Shown here: positions 31,726 to 42,101 of the stretch, piece by piece
How positions within the stretch are numbered: the stretch's first letter is position 1
Layout of the letters: each line of letters begins with the position of its first letter
IMG/VR virus record: IMGVR_UViG_3300031231_000003
Span: 32,001-96,000 of that record
Length of the DNA stretch: 64,000 nt
Source of the DNA: a virus
Direction: 5' to 3' (one strand)
Program-made: the position numbers and the translations under genes
The notes under the pieces: model-generated
Told to the model about the DNA's origin: nothing
Seen by the model: only the letters and a program-made list of their open reading frames with translations
Databases searched by the model: none

Positions 31726-32730
31726 TTGATGTACTTGGGTGTAGAAAAAATCGTAAAGAAGGATTCTTGGAATAGGACATCAACGAAGCACGTTCATAAA
31801 TTTCAATGTGATGAATGCGGTAAATCGTACGACTTGTACAGAAATCGAAAAAGAAGGTTGCATTTTTGTTCTAAGTCATGTAAAAATGCATCAAAATTGC
31901 TTCAAAGGTTGATCACTGATGTTTGCATTGAACGTTATGGTGGAAGAGGTAATGCGTCCATTGAATTGAAATTGAAGAACCAGACGACGTGTCTTAAAAT
32001 TTACGGTGCATCACATCCTTGGAAAAATGACGATGTTCATGAAAAATGCATGGTGACGACAGAAAACTTGCATGGTTCGAGAGGATACTTTGGAACTAAA
32101 AATTACAAGAAAGCGTTGAAAGAAAACTGGAATGTTGATCACCCCATGCATTCAGGCGAGATCAAAGAAAAACATCGTAATACTTGTCTTGCAAATTTGG
32201 GAGTCGAATACCCCTTGCAATCATCGATTTCGATGAAAAAAATGAACGAAACCTGTAATGACAAATTCGGCGTCAAATGGGGATTTCAAATTGAATCTTG
32301 TATTCGTAATTCTCATACGAATGAAGCCCATAAAAAACGACATGAAACGTTAAAAAAGAATGGTTCATACACTAAATCAAGATGGGAAGATCGATTTCAT
32401 GAGTTTCTTTGTTCACGATTTTCAATTGTTGAACGTCAGGTGAGCATGAATCAACGATGGGCGATTGATTTCTATGTTGAACAATTAGATTCTTACGTTC
32501 AATTCGATGGTGTTTATTGGCACGGCCTTGATCGTGACGAGAATGAGATAAAAAACAGCACGAACAAGCGTGATAAAACGATCTTCAAGAAGTTCTTAAC
32601 GGATAAAACTCAAAATGAATGGTTCAAAGAACAGAATTTGAAGTTAGTTAGAATAACCGACAAAGAGTTCATGTCATGTTGGAAGACACAGAATTTTTCC
32701 GGTATTGATTTGAAATTATCAGGAGAATAA
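31726..32730 (+). CDS. Homing endonuclease, Vsr/DUF559-like C-terminus with Zn-ribbon and K..T...YG repeats
   Basis: CDECG, FCSKSC, repeated TC...YG/FG and IDFY..VQFDGVYWHG..D..Q..WF..L.LVRI. Confidence 0.75.
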   Translation: MMYLGVEKIVKKDSWNRTSTKHVHKFQCDECGKSYDLYRNRKRRLHFCSKSCKNASKLLQRLITDVCIERYGGRGNASIELKLKNQTTCLKIYGASHPWKNDDVHEKCMVTTENLHGSRGYFGTKNYKKALKENWNVDHPMHSGEIKEKHRNTCLANLGVEYPLQSSISMKKMNETCNDKFGVKWGFQIESCIRNSHTNEAHKKRHETLKKNGSYTKSRWEDRFHEFLCSRFSIVERQVSMNQRWAIDFYVEQLDSYVQFDGVYWHGLDRDENEIKNSTNKRDKTIFKKFLTDKTQNEWFKEQNLKLVRITDKEFMSCWKTQNFSGIDLKLSGE

Positions 32731-32731
32731 T

Positions 32732-33996
32732 TTGGCCACGTACAAAGAAATTTTAGCGGGAGATATCAAGAGCAGTCGAAGTTTCCTCTCGCAATTGATA
32801 GATTGTTTACAAGAAGACGTGAGTGCCTCTGTTTCCCGACAACAATATCAACATTTTGTAACTGGCGGACTTGGGCCGGGCGTAACCTCGTCGCTCTTTC
32901 AAACTGTTTACGATCAAGATTTCACGCTTCAAACTGCGAATGCAATCTTTGACATGACGGTAGGAATCCTTCCCGGTGGCACAACGGCCCTCACATCACA
33001 ATCAGGTACCGATTCAGCTGGTAAGGAATTATTCCCGTCTTCTTCGTTAATGATGCGAGAAAAGATGGACGTCTATCGTCAATTCTCATCCGCCCTCCTT
33101 GGCGATGTGAACTCAACGTTCACCGCCCCATTCGATTCATCGGACGTTTCTAATGAGATCGATGTTGGGCTTTTCATCGCGTTCAAGCGTCTTTTTGCTA
33201 GGGATCAAATCAAACGTGAAACGTTCGCAATGCGTTTCTTCCAATCTGCATCCGCAGTTGGACCTAACGGTCAAACGACGGTCAATCCAACTCAACAAAC
33301 GAACTGGCGTCCGAACCTGAATGTCGCGTCAGTGTCGGGTTCAGCAATCTACACCGATATTGGTTCGGCAACGAATAAGTTGACCGCCTTCGGTGGAGCG
33401 GTCGGAAACATCGTTGACAGCGCAAACACTTCACGCACCGTTGGCGTCATGTTCTACGACAGGGGAATCGCTGTTCTCGACCTTGCAAAGATCACATCCG
33501 CATCGCAGTTCGTTTCTGGAACGATCGATGCAATGCATGTTCTCGGTCAACAAACTCTCGGAGGACCTGGAACACAAACTGCCTTCAATAGCAAGTTCAT
33601 CCCCGATTTCGTGGTCAGCGCAAGTCTTGACAACATTGTTGATCACATCGCCGCAACCCGGTTCGGTAGCGGTTCACAAACTGCGATCACCTTCCAGAAC
33701 GTTACGAACATCAATTCAACGTTGATCTTTGCCAAGCTGGGTGCAGACGAATTCAATTACAGTTCAAATCCAACGTACACTGATAGTGAAGATCGTATCA
33801 GGGTCATTGAAGTCGGTCAGGAAGAGAATCAAACGGCATTCAGCTTCGTAACATCGATCGGTATTTACGATTCGAATGATACGTTGCTTGCCGTCGCCAA
33901 GACAAGTCGGCCCATTGAAAAAAAAATAATGAACGGGACCTTACGATACGCATAAGATTGGATTTCGCCCAGAAAAGAAGGTTTCACTTGATTTAA
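32732..33996 (+). CDS. Putative baseplate/tail structural protein (indel in A9 run 33918-33926)
   Basis: C-terminus EFNYSSNPT..IGIYD..LLAVAK.SRPIEK continues as NNERDLTIRIRLDF in the shifted frame; paralog of the 46449-48926 C-terminus. Confidence 0.7.
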
Positions 33997-34026
33997 CAAA
34001 ATGTATGGGTAACGTACAATGGTCAT

Positions 34027-35115
34027 ATGCCAAGGTATTTACCCGTAACGAATCAATGTGAAGTTTGTCATAATCCCTTTACAGTAGCGTACCGTTTCCG
34101 TGGTACGAAAACTTGTAACAAGGAATGCTTCAAGAAATTGATGTCTTCGAAAAAGAGGACTGAACGTATCAAGAAACAATGCTTGAACGATAAATGCGGG
34201 AAGATCTTTGATCTAAAGATCACCTACGAGAACATTCAAAAGTACTGCAGTCAAATCTGTTTCTACGATCACAAGTACGGACGAGAATCAGCAATCGTCA
34301 CATTGATCTGTAAATCATGCGGAAATGATTTTGATCGTGTGTTCAGCAAACGTCGACACAGATGTTGTTCAAAAAAATGTTTTAGTGTTCAACAAAGTCT
34401 GGCAATGATGGGTAAAAATAATCCAATGTTTGGTAAAGGACCAATGTTGGGTCGTGTTGCATGGAACAACGGTAAAACAACCGAAACAGACGACAGATTA
34501 AAAAATCTAGGACGTGAAGTTTCACGATCGTTGCAAAGAGGATTTGAATCCGGAAAATTGACTCATGTGGGCGAGAACAATCCGAACTTTGGGCGGACCC
34601 GAGAAACACGTTCAATCGAGAACCTCGAAAACTACAGCAAGGCAGCATCACAACGCGTGATCGATGGAGTCTCTTGCAACAACAAGAATTTCATGCAAGG
34701 AAATTTCTTCAGCAAGAAACAGAACGAAAGTTTCCATTATCGTTCATCGTACGAACTTCGATTGATGCTTTGCTATGAAGTTGATGAAGATATAATTTCG
34801 TACGAACATGAACCGTTCGTGATCAAGTACGACGAAGGCAAACGTTACATACCCGATGTCTTAATATTGAAGAACTCATGTGAAAAAGCTATGATCGTTG
34901 AAGTCAAACCCGAAATGTTCTTGCAGAATTTAGATGTAGTTGAAAAAGCAAACGCGGCTCGCGATTATTGTGACAAAAATGACATGACGTACGAATTCAT
35001 CACATTGAATGACATCGTACGTTACGAGAAAACGTTATCAATAGATTCTGAACGACACAAAAATTTACATGAACAGAATTCAACCTTAAACGGGGGTGTG
35101 AAGTATGCGTCATGA
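34027..35115 (+). CDS. Homing endonuclease-like protein: Zn-ribbon repeats + NUMOD-like motifs + TnsA-N-like PD-(D/E)xK domain
   Basis: CxxC..F..CS..C repeats, GKNNPMFGK, AWN.G and YRSSYE..YEHEP..YIPD..VEVKP. Confidence 0.75.
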   Translation: MPRYLPVTNQCEVCHNPFTVAYRFRGTKTCNKECFKKLMSSKKRTERIKKQCLNDKCGKIFDLKITYENIQKYCSQICFYDHKYGRESAIVTLICKSCGNDFDRVFSKRRHRCCSKKCFSVQQSLAMMGKNNPMFGKGPMLGRVAWNNGKTTETDDRLKNLGREVSRSLQRGFESGKLTHVGENNPNFGRTRETRSIENLENYSKAASQRVIDGVSCNNKNFMQGNFFSKKQNESFHYRSSYELRLMLCYEVDEDIISYEHEPFVIKYDEGKRYIPDVLILKNSCEKAMIVEVKPEMFLQNLDVVEKANAARDYCDKNDMTYEFITLNDIVRYEKTLSIDSERHKNLHEQNSTLNGGVKYAS

Positions 35116-35461
35116 AATCCTGGTCGGAGCTAGAACATATCAAATGTTCCTGTTATCGTCTAAGGAATTCAATGAACGAGTAAAAATACTGACTGGTCAG
35201 GATCTGTGTTCAAAACTTGGATTGACCGATCATTACAATCAAGAAATTTACGTTTGTAATGATATTCACCCAGAACTAATGAGAGAGATCATAGTTCATG
35301 AAATCGTTCATGTCATGTTAGAAGATGCAGGTCTGGCTTCGTTGCAAAATCAGAACATTGAATTGAACGAGATCGTTACATCGATCATTTCACCTCGTTT
35401 AACGCAAGTTCTGTCACAGAACAAAAAGATCTTCGATCTGTTGTTTAGTGGAACTCGTTGA
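35105..35461 (+). CDS. Small HExxH zincin-like metalloprotein
   Basis: GLT....QEIYV..IVHEIVH..E. Confidence 0.7.
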   Translation: MRHEILVGARTYQMFLLSSKEFNERVKILTGQDLCSKLGLTDHYNQEIYVCNDIHPELMREIIVHEIVHVMLEDAGLASLQNQNIELNEIVTSIISPRLTQVLSQNKKIFDLLFSGTR

Positions 35462-35750
35462 TATCGACATTGACGACTCGTTGTTCTTTGAACCTCCAAA
35501 GGATGAAAATTTAATCATGTTCAAAGATTCATTCAATGAACTTTACGATCGAAAAGCTGAACTCACCCAAAGGGGAAATGTTGTCTCAATCAGTTTTGGC
35601 CAATCGCCCCGCCGATCGGTCGAACACAACGCTCTGTACTGGTATGGATTTTCCGTGTTGGATATGATCAACCATTTGTACATTACCTTACCAGAACTCA
35701 TCATCACAAGATCACCGGGACTTAGATGTGCGAATTCATTCAAAGATTGA
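35448..35750 (+). CDS. Hypothetical protein
   Basis: Overlap-coupled ORF. Confidence 0.45.
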   Translation: MELVDIDIDDSLFFEPPKDENLIMFKDSFNELYDRKAELTQRGNVVSISFGQSPRRSVEHNALYWYGFSVLDMINHLYITLPELIITRSPGLRCANSFKD

Positions 35751-36081
35751 AGGCTTGATTGCATCGAAATTCGCGTCCAAAAAGTAACAAATTGTTGGAA
35801 TTGTACTTGAAATGCCCGGCGGCCATCGATCCATACCACCTCTGATCGTTCTGTCAACGCTTGACGGATTCACGATGCACGCAGCGAACGTTGATCGGTG
35901 TTCGGTTTTTACGTTTGAATTACCCAATTTCATGTGACCGATCACAAGAAACGTTTTACAAATTTTTGCATGACCGACAACCTGTCGCGTTGACGAATAA
36001 AGCCATGAACCTCCGCCTTTTTAGTGATTCGAGGCATGACGATCGTGCCAGGTGGGTGAAAATTGCTCAAGTGATCAAGAT

Positions 36082-36327
36082 TCATATCGCTTGATTCTTA
36101 CAATCGCCGCAGATTGCAGAACAAACAACACAATCTTTGATCTTGCATTCTAGCGAGAGTTCTCTCTGATGCGAAGCATTGAAAGCTTGAGACAAGGAAT
36201 CACGTTCAGCCGTGAGACTTTCTATTTCCTTTGCGAGAAGTTCTCGTTCCTTCATGAGTTCATCGAACTCTGATCGCTTTAAGCAGACGAGATCAGTTTG
36301 ATATTCAATCGTAGATTTGAGCTTCAT
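36082..36327 (-). CDS. Coiled-coil protein with C-terminal Cys cluster
   Basis: Heptad pattern and CxxC pairs; AGAG SD-like motif. Confidence 0.55.
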   Translation of the reverse strand: MKLKSTIEYQTDLVCLKRSEFDELMKERELLAKEIESLTAERDSLSQAFNASHQRELSLECKIKDCVVCSAICGDCKNQAI

Positions 36328-36423
36328 TTCTTCTCTTTAATTCAGATAGGCGGGAAAATCAATCCCTCGATCGGTCACGAACGTATCGAATTTGTTGTGA
36401 TCGAGGGGATCAAAGTTGAGTTG

Positions 36424-36495
36424 AGCAGGTGGCGAGACTCGAACTCGCAACTTTCAGTTTGGAAAACTGACCCTCTACCATTGAGTTACACCTGC
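36424..36495 (-). tRNA. tRNA-Gly(UCC), CCA not encoded
   Basis: GCAGGTG/CACCTGC acceptor, TCAGT-TTTCCAA-ACTGA anticodon arm, GCGAG-TTCGAGT-CTCGC T arm, U73 discriminator. Confidence 0.92.
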
Positions 36496-36660
36496 GAAAA
36501 ATTCTTACTTGCGAGGCGTCATCGGGTGACCGAAATCATCCCAGAGTACGTACTTGACAAGCTTGTTGAGGTACTTACGAACGAATTTCATTTGATCATG
36601 GTAACATGAAAATTGAAAGAAAACACGATTATTGCGATCGTATGGTCAAAATACCTTTCA

Positions 36661-37377
36661 TTACAGATTCTTATCTATGATTATCGTCGTGGACTGAACT
36701 GCGCCGCTTTGCTTCCCACTTATCGTGATCACACCCTTGATCTTTGTCTTGTCGGCGGTGGTACCGTACACGGTGAACAACGCATCAGTCAGTGACTTCA
36801 CGCTCAACGTGAACTGACACAGCGATCCACCGAACGAGTTTTCATTGGGTGATCGAGTGAGGACGTACGTCGCCCTTTGTTGTCCATCAATGTTCTCAGG
36901 AACCTGTTGCAGGATCTGGACGAATTGGTTCGGAACCTGAACGATGAACGTCTGATCCCTTAGCTCAACGTCGATCGTCGTCTCGTTCCTGATCGTTTGT
37001 TCGACCGAGATCGTGGTCGTCTTTTGCTGGTTTCGACCTATCGTCACGGTGTTGTTCGCGCTAGAGACGTTGCTGTCACCTGACAACGTGAACGAAGGAA
37101 GACGAAGGAGGTTTGGGTTAGAAACTGACACGAGCTTGTACTTTTGAGCGTGGGTTTGATTTGTTAGAGCCTCAAGGATGGGGGTGTTCTTTTCGATCTT
37201 TTCTTTACCAATGGTGCGACCGTACTTCTCAATGATCCCATAATCTATTTCGTCATCGCCGCACGCAAATTTATGGAAACTGAATGATCCATCATTTCGA
37301 CTTAGTGCTTGCCTTCCGGAGTCGGTGAGAACCGCATCGAGTAAAATATTGTTACTTGTAGAATTTAAGAAACCCAT
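36661..37377 (-). CDS. Putative virion structural protein
   Basis: MGFLN..LDAVLTDSGRQALSR..F.F.KFA.GDDEIDY..TPILEA; paralogous N-terminus to 22374. Confidence 0.7.
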   Translation of the reverse strand: MGFLNSTSNNILLDAVLTDSGRQALSRNDGSFSFHKFACGDDEIDYGIIEKYGRTIGKEKIEKNTPILEALTNQTHAQKYKLVSVSNPNLLRLPSFTLSGDSNVSSANNTVTIGRNQQKTTTISVEQTIRNETTIDVELRDQTFIVQVPNQFVQILQQVPENIDGQQRATYVLTRSPNENSFGGSLCQFTLSVKSLTDALFTVYGTTADKTKIKGVITISGKQSGAVQSTTIIIDKNL

Positions 37378-38288
37378 ATATTCATTCTTTCTTTGATCAA
37401 ATCGTTTAAAGTTTTTGCTTTGAAGGCTGTCATGACTTCGTCATCAAAAAATCTGATAAATTTCAAATCATTCTTCGGAAACCAAAGATCCTGTTCACGA
37501 TCTCGGTCAAATTTTCCCAAAATTTGCTTGAATTGTTTACTACCAGCATTCGACCGTTCCACCAAATTTTCACGTCCGTACTTCGTTCCATGCCAATGAA
37601 TTCCATCAAGTTGAACGTAGACGTTTAGTTTTGTGATGAACGCATCGATCGACCAGCCATTCACCGTAATATGACGATCAACATTTCCATACAAGTTACT
37701 TAGTTCATTGATCAGTAGATTTTCAGGATTCGATTGCTTGATCGTCCCATTCTTTACCCATGAGCGAAATCGTTTCGCATTGTACTCGTGAGATCTCATC
37801 ACGCGTTCGACGAATTCTGAATCACATGCGGGTGAAGGTCCACCAAATTTTTCAGTTAACGAAGATTGTGCAATTTCTCGAACTTCTACGCGTCCAAAAT
37901 TATTTCTCGCTCCATAATTTTTCAGGAACGTTTCTTCCTTTTTCTTTTTTACGGAAGGATCTTTACTAGGATTGTCGAATCCCGTTTTAGCGAGACAAGT
38001 TTGTTTTTTCTTGTCAATGACAACTTTCGAAGCGTAAGGATTCTTGCAACCATAATTTCGTTGGAACGTAGCTTCGAGTTTGCTCTTGACAACGCCGTGC
38101 TTGAATGCAAAATTCCTGCATTCTTCCCCACAAAACGACAAAGAATCACTTTGATTAAACCTACCACTCAAAGTAAGATTGATCTTGCATTGATCACAAA
38201 GGTACTTGTATCGTTTGTTTCGACGACCGGTCACGTCATTAACGATGATTTCAATTCCCACATACATTCTGTAGGTAAGTATTGTCAT
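37365..38288 (-). CDS. Homing endonuclease, Vsr/DUF559-like (paralog of 31726-32730)
   Basis: MYVGIEII, CDQC, K..TF..NYG repeats and WSIDAF..VQLDGIHWHG..DREQDLWF..LKFIR. Confidence 0.75.
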   Translation of the reverse strand: MTILTYRMYVGIEIIVNDVTGRRNKRYKYLCDQCKINLTLSGRFNQSDSLSFCGEECRNFAFKHGVVKSKLEATFQRNYGCKNPYASKVVIDKKKQTCLAKTGFDNPSKDPSVKKKKEETFLKNYGARNNFGRVEVREIAQSSLTEKFGGPSPACDSEFVERVMRSHEYNAKRFRSWVKNGTIKQSNPENLLINELSNLYGNVDRHITVNGWSIDAFITKLNVYVQLDGIHWHGTKYGRENLVERSNAGSKQFKQILGKFDRDREQDLWFPKNDLKFIRFFDDEVMTAFKAKTLNDLIKERMNIWVS

Positions 38289-38403
38289 TTCATATCGTCC
38301 TGCCTTGATTTATCGTGTATTCGTACTACTCGTTTCACTTCGTTTGGAAACTTTCGCGCAAAGCATACCTAATCCAGGTGACAAACTTGCAAGGAGTTCC
38401 TAG

Positions 38404-39651
38404 ATGAAACAAGAAGATATTGATACAATGTTGGCTGCGATCAAGATGCAACTCGATGGTGTGACGACGAGCGTTGTCGCGTTGCTCACGGCGGTAACTG
38501 CTGATGGCGGTACCGTGGGTCCCGCAGGTCCGATCGGCCCAGTTGGTCCTGCGGGAGCTCGAGGTGCTACAGGTACAAAGGGAACGACGGGTGCTCAGGG
38601 TCCACAAGGAATTCCCGGTCCAGTCGGTCCAAAGGGTGATCCAGGTGGAACCGTCGTGACGCCACCTGTGGTAACCCCTCCAGTTGTCACACCGCCCGTC
38701 GTGGTTCCTCCGGTCGTCATTCCACCGAATCCGGGTGGAGTGATGAAGGTCGTGGGAAACAAGCTGTTCGATGCGAATGGGAAGCAGTTCATCATGCGTG
38801 GAGCCGAAGGCTGGTTCGGTCCTGATGCTCAAGGAAACGTGAAGGGGCATGTCGGCACGATTGCTGCGCTAGGTTTCAACGCTTATCGTGCTCAAACGCT
38901 AACGAATAATCTTGTCAAGGTTGAGGAACTTTATAAGGAGATGACGGCGAACGGTATGGTGATCTATGCCAACGCGGACAATATGCCCGGCGGCGGTCCC
39001 TCTTGGTTCGGTAAGCCTGAAGTCATTGCACTGTTAAATAAATACGGGCGTAACATGATCATTGATGCGAGCATCGAGGACGAACCCGATGCCGACAGTG
39101 GTAAAGCAACGATCGACAAATGGGTGGCTGATACAAAGGCTCTGATCCTTAAGTTCAGAAGTTACGGGTACACACAGCCCCTGCTAGTCGGAACGTTGAA
39201 TTCAGGACGTTACCTTCGCGGTTTGCTTGATCACGGTCAAGAATTCGTTAACACAGATCCTTTGAAGAACTTGATATTGAATTGTCAATTTTATTGGGCA
39301 AATTACGGTGGTGGATTCTCGTGGCAAAGTTCCAATGGATATCCTTCGGGGGATGCTGGGGTGAAACAGGCGATGGCTGACGTTGCAGCCAAACCTTTTT
39401 ACGTACAGTTTGGATACGACGCAGCGGATTCTGGGGGTTCATGGGCACCCGTTCCTTACGAACTCATGATGAGTGAAGCACAAAGATTGGGCTTCGGGTA
39501 TCTCTGGTGGCAAATAAAAGATCCATCACAGAATGATCCCAACAGTTTGTTGTCAGATCCTTTTAAGGCAACGTCATTAACCCCTTTAGGTCAAGTCGTT
39601 GTCAACACACATCCCGCTAGTATCATGAAAACATCAAAGAAATTTACTTAA
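38404..39651 (+). CDS. Collagen-like repeat + Pro/Val linker + GH5-like TIM barrel (putative fibre/adhesin)
   Basis: About 15 Gly-X-Y triplets, (VVTPP)n, then VVGNKLFDANGKQFIMRG typical of GH5 mannanases; AAGGAG SD. Confidence 0.8.
   Translation: MKQEDIDTMLAAIKMQLDGVTTSVVALLTAVTADGGTVGPAGPIGPVGPAGARGATGTKGTTGAQGPQGIPGPVGPKGDPGGTVVTPPVVTPPVVTPPVVVPPVVIPPNPGGVMKVVGNKLFDANGKQFIMRGAEGWFGPDAQGNVKGHVGTIAALGFNAYRAQTLTNNLVKVEELYKEMTANGMVIYANADNMPGGGPSWFGKPEVIALLNKYGRNMIIDASIEDEPDADSGKATIDKWVADTKALILKFRSYGYTQPLLVGTLNSGRYLRGLLDHGQEFVNTDPLKNLILNCQFYWANYGGGFSWQSSNGYPSGDAGVKQAMADVAAKPFYVQFGYDAADSGGSWAPVPYELMMSEAQRLGFGYLWWQIKDPSQNDPNSLLSDPFKATSLTPLGQVVVNTHPASIMKTSKKFT
38509..38730 (+). repeat. Coding collagen G-X-Y repeats and VVTPP repeats
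   Basis: GPAGPIGPVGPAGARGATGTKGTTGAQGPQGIPGPVGPKGDPG then VVTPP x3, VVVPP, VVIPP. Confidence 0.9.
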
Positions 39652-39671
39652 AATTAGTAATCGTTTGAAAC

Positions 39672-39700
39672 AAGGGATCAGGACGAAAGTTCTGGTCCTT
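39672..39700. terminator. GAAA-capped hairpin between convergent genes
   Basis: AAGGGATCAGGAC-GAAA-GTTCTGGTCCTT with a T-rich flank. Confidence 0.7.
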
Positions 39701-39708
39701 TGTGATTT

Positions 39709-40277
39709 TCATTGAATGTATCCACAATAAAGTAACCACGTGATTAATTCTTGATCGGTCGGTTTAGATTTCCCATTCATGAAACGTGTTTTAGCGTGTT
39801 GACAGATCGAGCCATTTCGTTGAAAATCTTTCTCAGTTTGAGGTTTCTTTCGACCCAAATTCAAGGCGCGATGATCAATTTTCGCTTGAGCGATTCGCAT
39901 ATTACGTCGAGTTTCTTCGCTCTTCTTTTGACCTCTCATTGTCATGCTGATCTTGGATTTCGCCTCATCAGTATGTCTTAGCGTTTTCTGATATCGCCAC
40001 GCAGAAATTTGAGCAAATTCGTATTGTCGCGAAGTTACTTTGTGCTTTTTATCGTTACACATAAAGAACCATGCAATCGTCATCTTTCCACCATGAATGT
40101 TCTTCAACAACCAATGAACGAGGAAATGTTCCCTCGCGGTCAAGTAAACGAGGTTCTCTTTTTCATCAGTTCCCCTAACGATTTCGGTAGAATGTGATGA
40201 AGTTCCTTGTAACCTTCGAGCGTTGAACGTGACTTCGCTCGATCAATGATCTGATTCATGATACGACGATAGTTCAC
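39709..40277 (-). CDS. HNH homing endonuclease with NUMOD3 (frameshift at 40172-40175)
   Basis: GTG at 40277: NYRRIMNQIIDRAK..ELHHILPKSLG; adding one G gives GTDEKENLVYLTAREHFLVHWLL. Confidence 0.85.
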
Positions 40278-40320
40278 GATTAATTGTACATTCATGAGTT
40301 ACGACGTATCATCATGAAAG

Positions 40321-40806
40321 ATGAAACTTACTTGGATTGATTCGAAATTGCTGGGATTCTTTACAAAAGAAAAACTTGCACTACGAAACAATACAATGGA
40401 TTCGTTAAACGAAGAAATCAAGGAACTCTGGAAATACGAACTCCTTGATGGAAAACCATACTTGAATAATTCACGTACAAGATGCAAGAATACGTTTGAA
40501 GATTTTCAATATGATTGTCTTAATACCGTTGATAACCGGTCAAAGTCAATATATGAAGAATATCGTTCATATGGTTGCGGTTCATTTACTTCGGTGATTA
40601 TGTTGTATTGGAATATTTGGGAACATTCAAGTGATATCAACGCGGGAGAACTTTTAAAGAAGTATTGGGGTCGCTCATTGTTGTATTGGATCGAATATGG
40701 GATAAAGAAAATCGCAATATGGATTTGGTCGCATCGTAATGAACCATTCATTCTAATGATTTTAGGTGCGTTTTTAACAGCTTACGCTTTAACGATCATT
40801 AAATGA
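40321..40806 (+). CDS. Hypothetical membrane-anchored protein
   Basis: C-terminal TM helix; sigma70-like promoter upstream. Confidence 0.6.
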   Translation: MKLTWIDSKLLGFFTKEKLALRNNTMDSLNEEIKELWKYELLDGKPYLNNSRTRCKNTFEDFQYDCLNTVDNRSKSIYEEYRSYGCGSFTSVIMLYWNIWEHSSDINAGELLKKYWGRSLLYWIEYGIKKIAIWIWSHRNEPFILMILGAFLTAYALTIIK

Positions 40807-41057
40807 AACCAAAACTCACCTCAGAACTTCTCCCCGGTGATCTGTTATGTCCCCGCGGCCTGAACGATTTCAATGACTATGGTATCGTCATTGGCGTCGC
40901 AGAATCATTCACGAATTTTGCTGCGTATGGTTCCGGTCCGCTCATCGTTAATGCCATGTACCTCACGATCACATACGTTAATTCACGAACGTCACAGGTA
41001 AAGAAGTACGTCTCGTTGAAAACGACGATGCATCAGGTTGTGTCATTCCAGCCATGA
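40803..41057 (+). CDS. Small 'PGD'-family protein
   Basis: SELLPGDLL..YGIVIGV; ATGA overlap. Confidence 0.65.
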   Translation: MKPKLTSELLPGDLLCPRGLNDFNDYGIVIGVAESFTNFAAYGSGPLIVNAMYLTITYVNSRTSQVKKYVSLKTTMHQVVSFQP

Positions 41058-41078
41058 TTGTGATATCATCGTTAAACT

Positions 41079-41870
41079 ATGAATAGATTCATTATCGTTT
41101 CAATGTTCACCCTTGCATGTTCTGGAGGTGGGATCGCTGACATTGCCACGAATCCATCTGGAAATTCGCCTCCCGTTCATCGACCTTCGTCGTCGACCCC
41201 TTGGAAGAATCCGTTGGTGACGTCACTCGCTCCGGACGCAGGTCAACCAGCTCAGATCGGTCAAGATGGGGTTATTGATGATGATGCTGGTATTCCACCA
41301 CAATACGACGGAGGTCAACCTGATGCCGACGTCGTGACTCTCGATGCTGACATTTCTTCAAATCAACCTGATACGGGCTCGAATTGCAGTTCACCGGCCG
41401 CTGTATCCTCAGATTCGGGTAATTGGTTCACCACGAACATTGACAACGGTGAGTGGTTCCAACTTGTAACCGTCGCCGGATTTTCCAGTGATCTGTGTAC
41501 TTACACGGGCAAGATCAAATGGTTCTATGATGTGGGTGGTTTTTGGGAGAGTGATCGAGCATACGATCAACCAACGACAACGTTCGTGTTTGAATTCAAC
41601 GTTGACGGGACGATGAAGACGAGAATCGTTCATTCACCCAACTACCCGAACGGGATGTACACACAATCGAACGTTTCGTACCGGGGTTCGTGCATTACTG
41701 GATTGTCCGAGGGTGATCCTATCGTTTTCAACAACGATTTTAGGTTTCATTCCTGCATCGAACGAATGTATTCCGGTCACGCAGAACATTGGTTCAGCGT
41801 GTTTCGTGGTCGCTGGAACGTTGATCACCCTGAGAACGTTCAGACGATCATCACTTACCCACAAGGATGA
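41079..41870 (+). CDS. Putative lipoprotein with DAG/PDA low-complexity linker
   Basis: FTLAC lipobox; PDAG, DDDAG, DGG and PDAD repeats. Confidence 0.7.
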   Translation: MNRFIIVSMFTLACSGGGIADIATNPSGNSPPVHRPSSSTPWKNPLVTSLAPDAGQPAQIGQDGVIDDDAGIPPQYDGGQPDADVVTLDADISSNQPDTGSNCSSPAAVSSDSGNWFTTNIDNGEWFQLVTVAGFSSDLCTYTGKIKWFYDVGGFWESDRAYDQPTTTFVFEFNVDGTMKTRIVHSPNYPNGMYTQSNVSYRGSCITGLSEGDPIVFNNDFRFHSCIERMYSGHAEHWFSVFRGRWNVDHPENVQTIITYPQG

Positions 41871-41876
41871 TTCATC

Positions 41877-42101
41877 ATGTCCCGAAGCGTCAAGATGAAA
41901 GATCTTCGGCCAGGCATTGATGTTTTGACATGGTCGTATCAAAGCACCGGTCTTGTGATTGGAAACATTCGTACCGTTCCAACGACACAAAGAAAGCTTC
42001 CGCAAAGGAAGGTAATTTACTTGGATTTGAACGGAATTCACGAATTCAGCGGGCAAGACGATTATACCGTCTCTGTGAATGATGATGATAATGAAACTTG
42101 A
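41877..42101 (+). CDS. Small 'PGD'-family protein
   Basis: KDLRPGIDVL..TGLVIGN..RKVI. Confidence 0.6.
   Translation: MSRSVKMKDLRPGIDVLTWSYQSTGLVIGNIRTVPTTQRKLPQRKVIYLDLNGIHEFSGQDDYTVSVNDDDNET

Noticed and set aside
36360-36412. Theta/HDV-like ribozyme after tRNA-Gly
   Set aside because: Only a simple inverted repeat (TCCCTCGATC/GATCGAGGGG) is visible; I could not build the nested double pseudoknot.
36298-36609. 103-aa plus-strand ORF
   Set aside because: It is antisense to tRNA-Gly and is a shadow ORF.
38335-38850. Minus-strand ORFs with GGVTT repeats
   Set aside because: These are antisense shadows of the collagen/VVTPP repeats.
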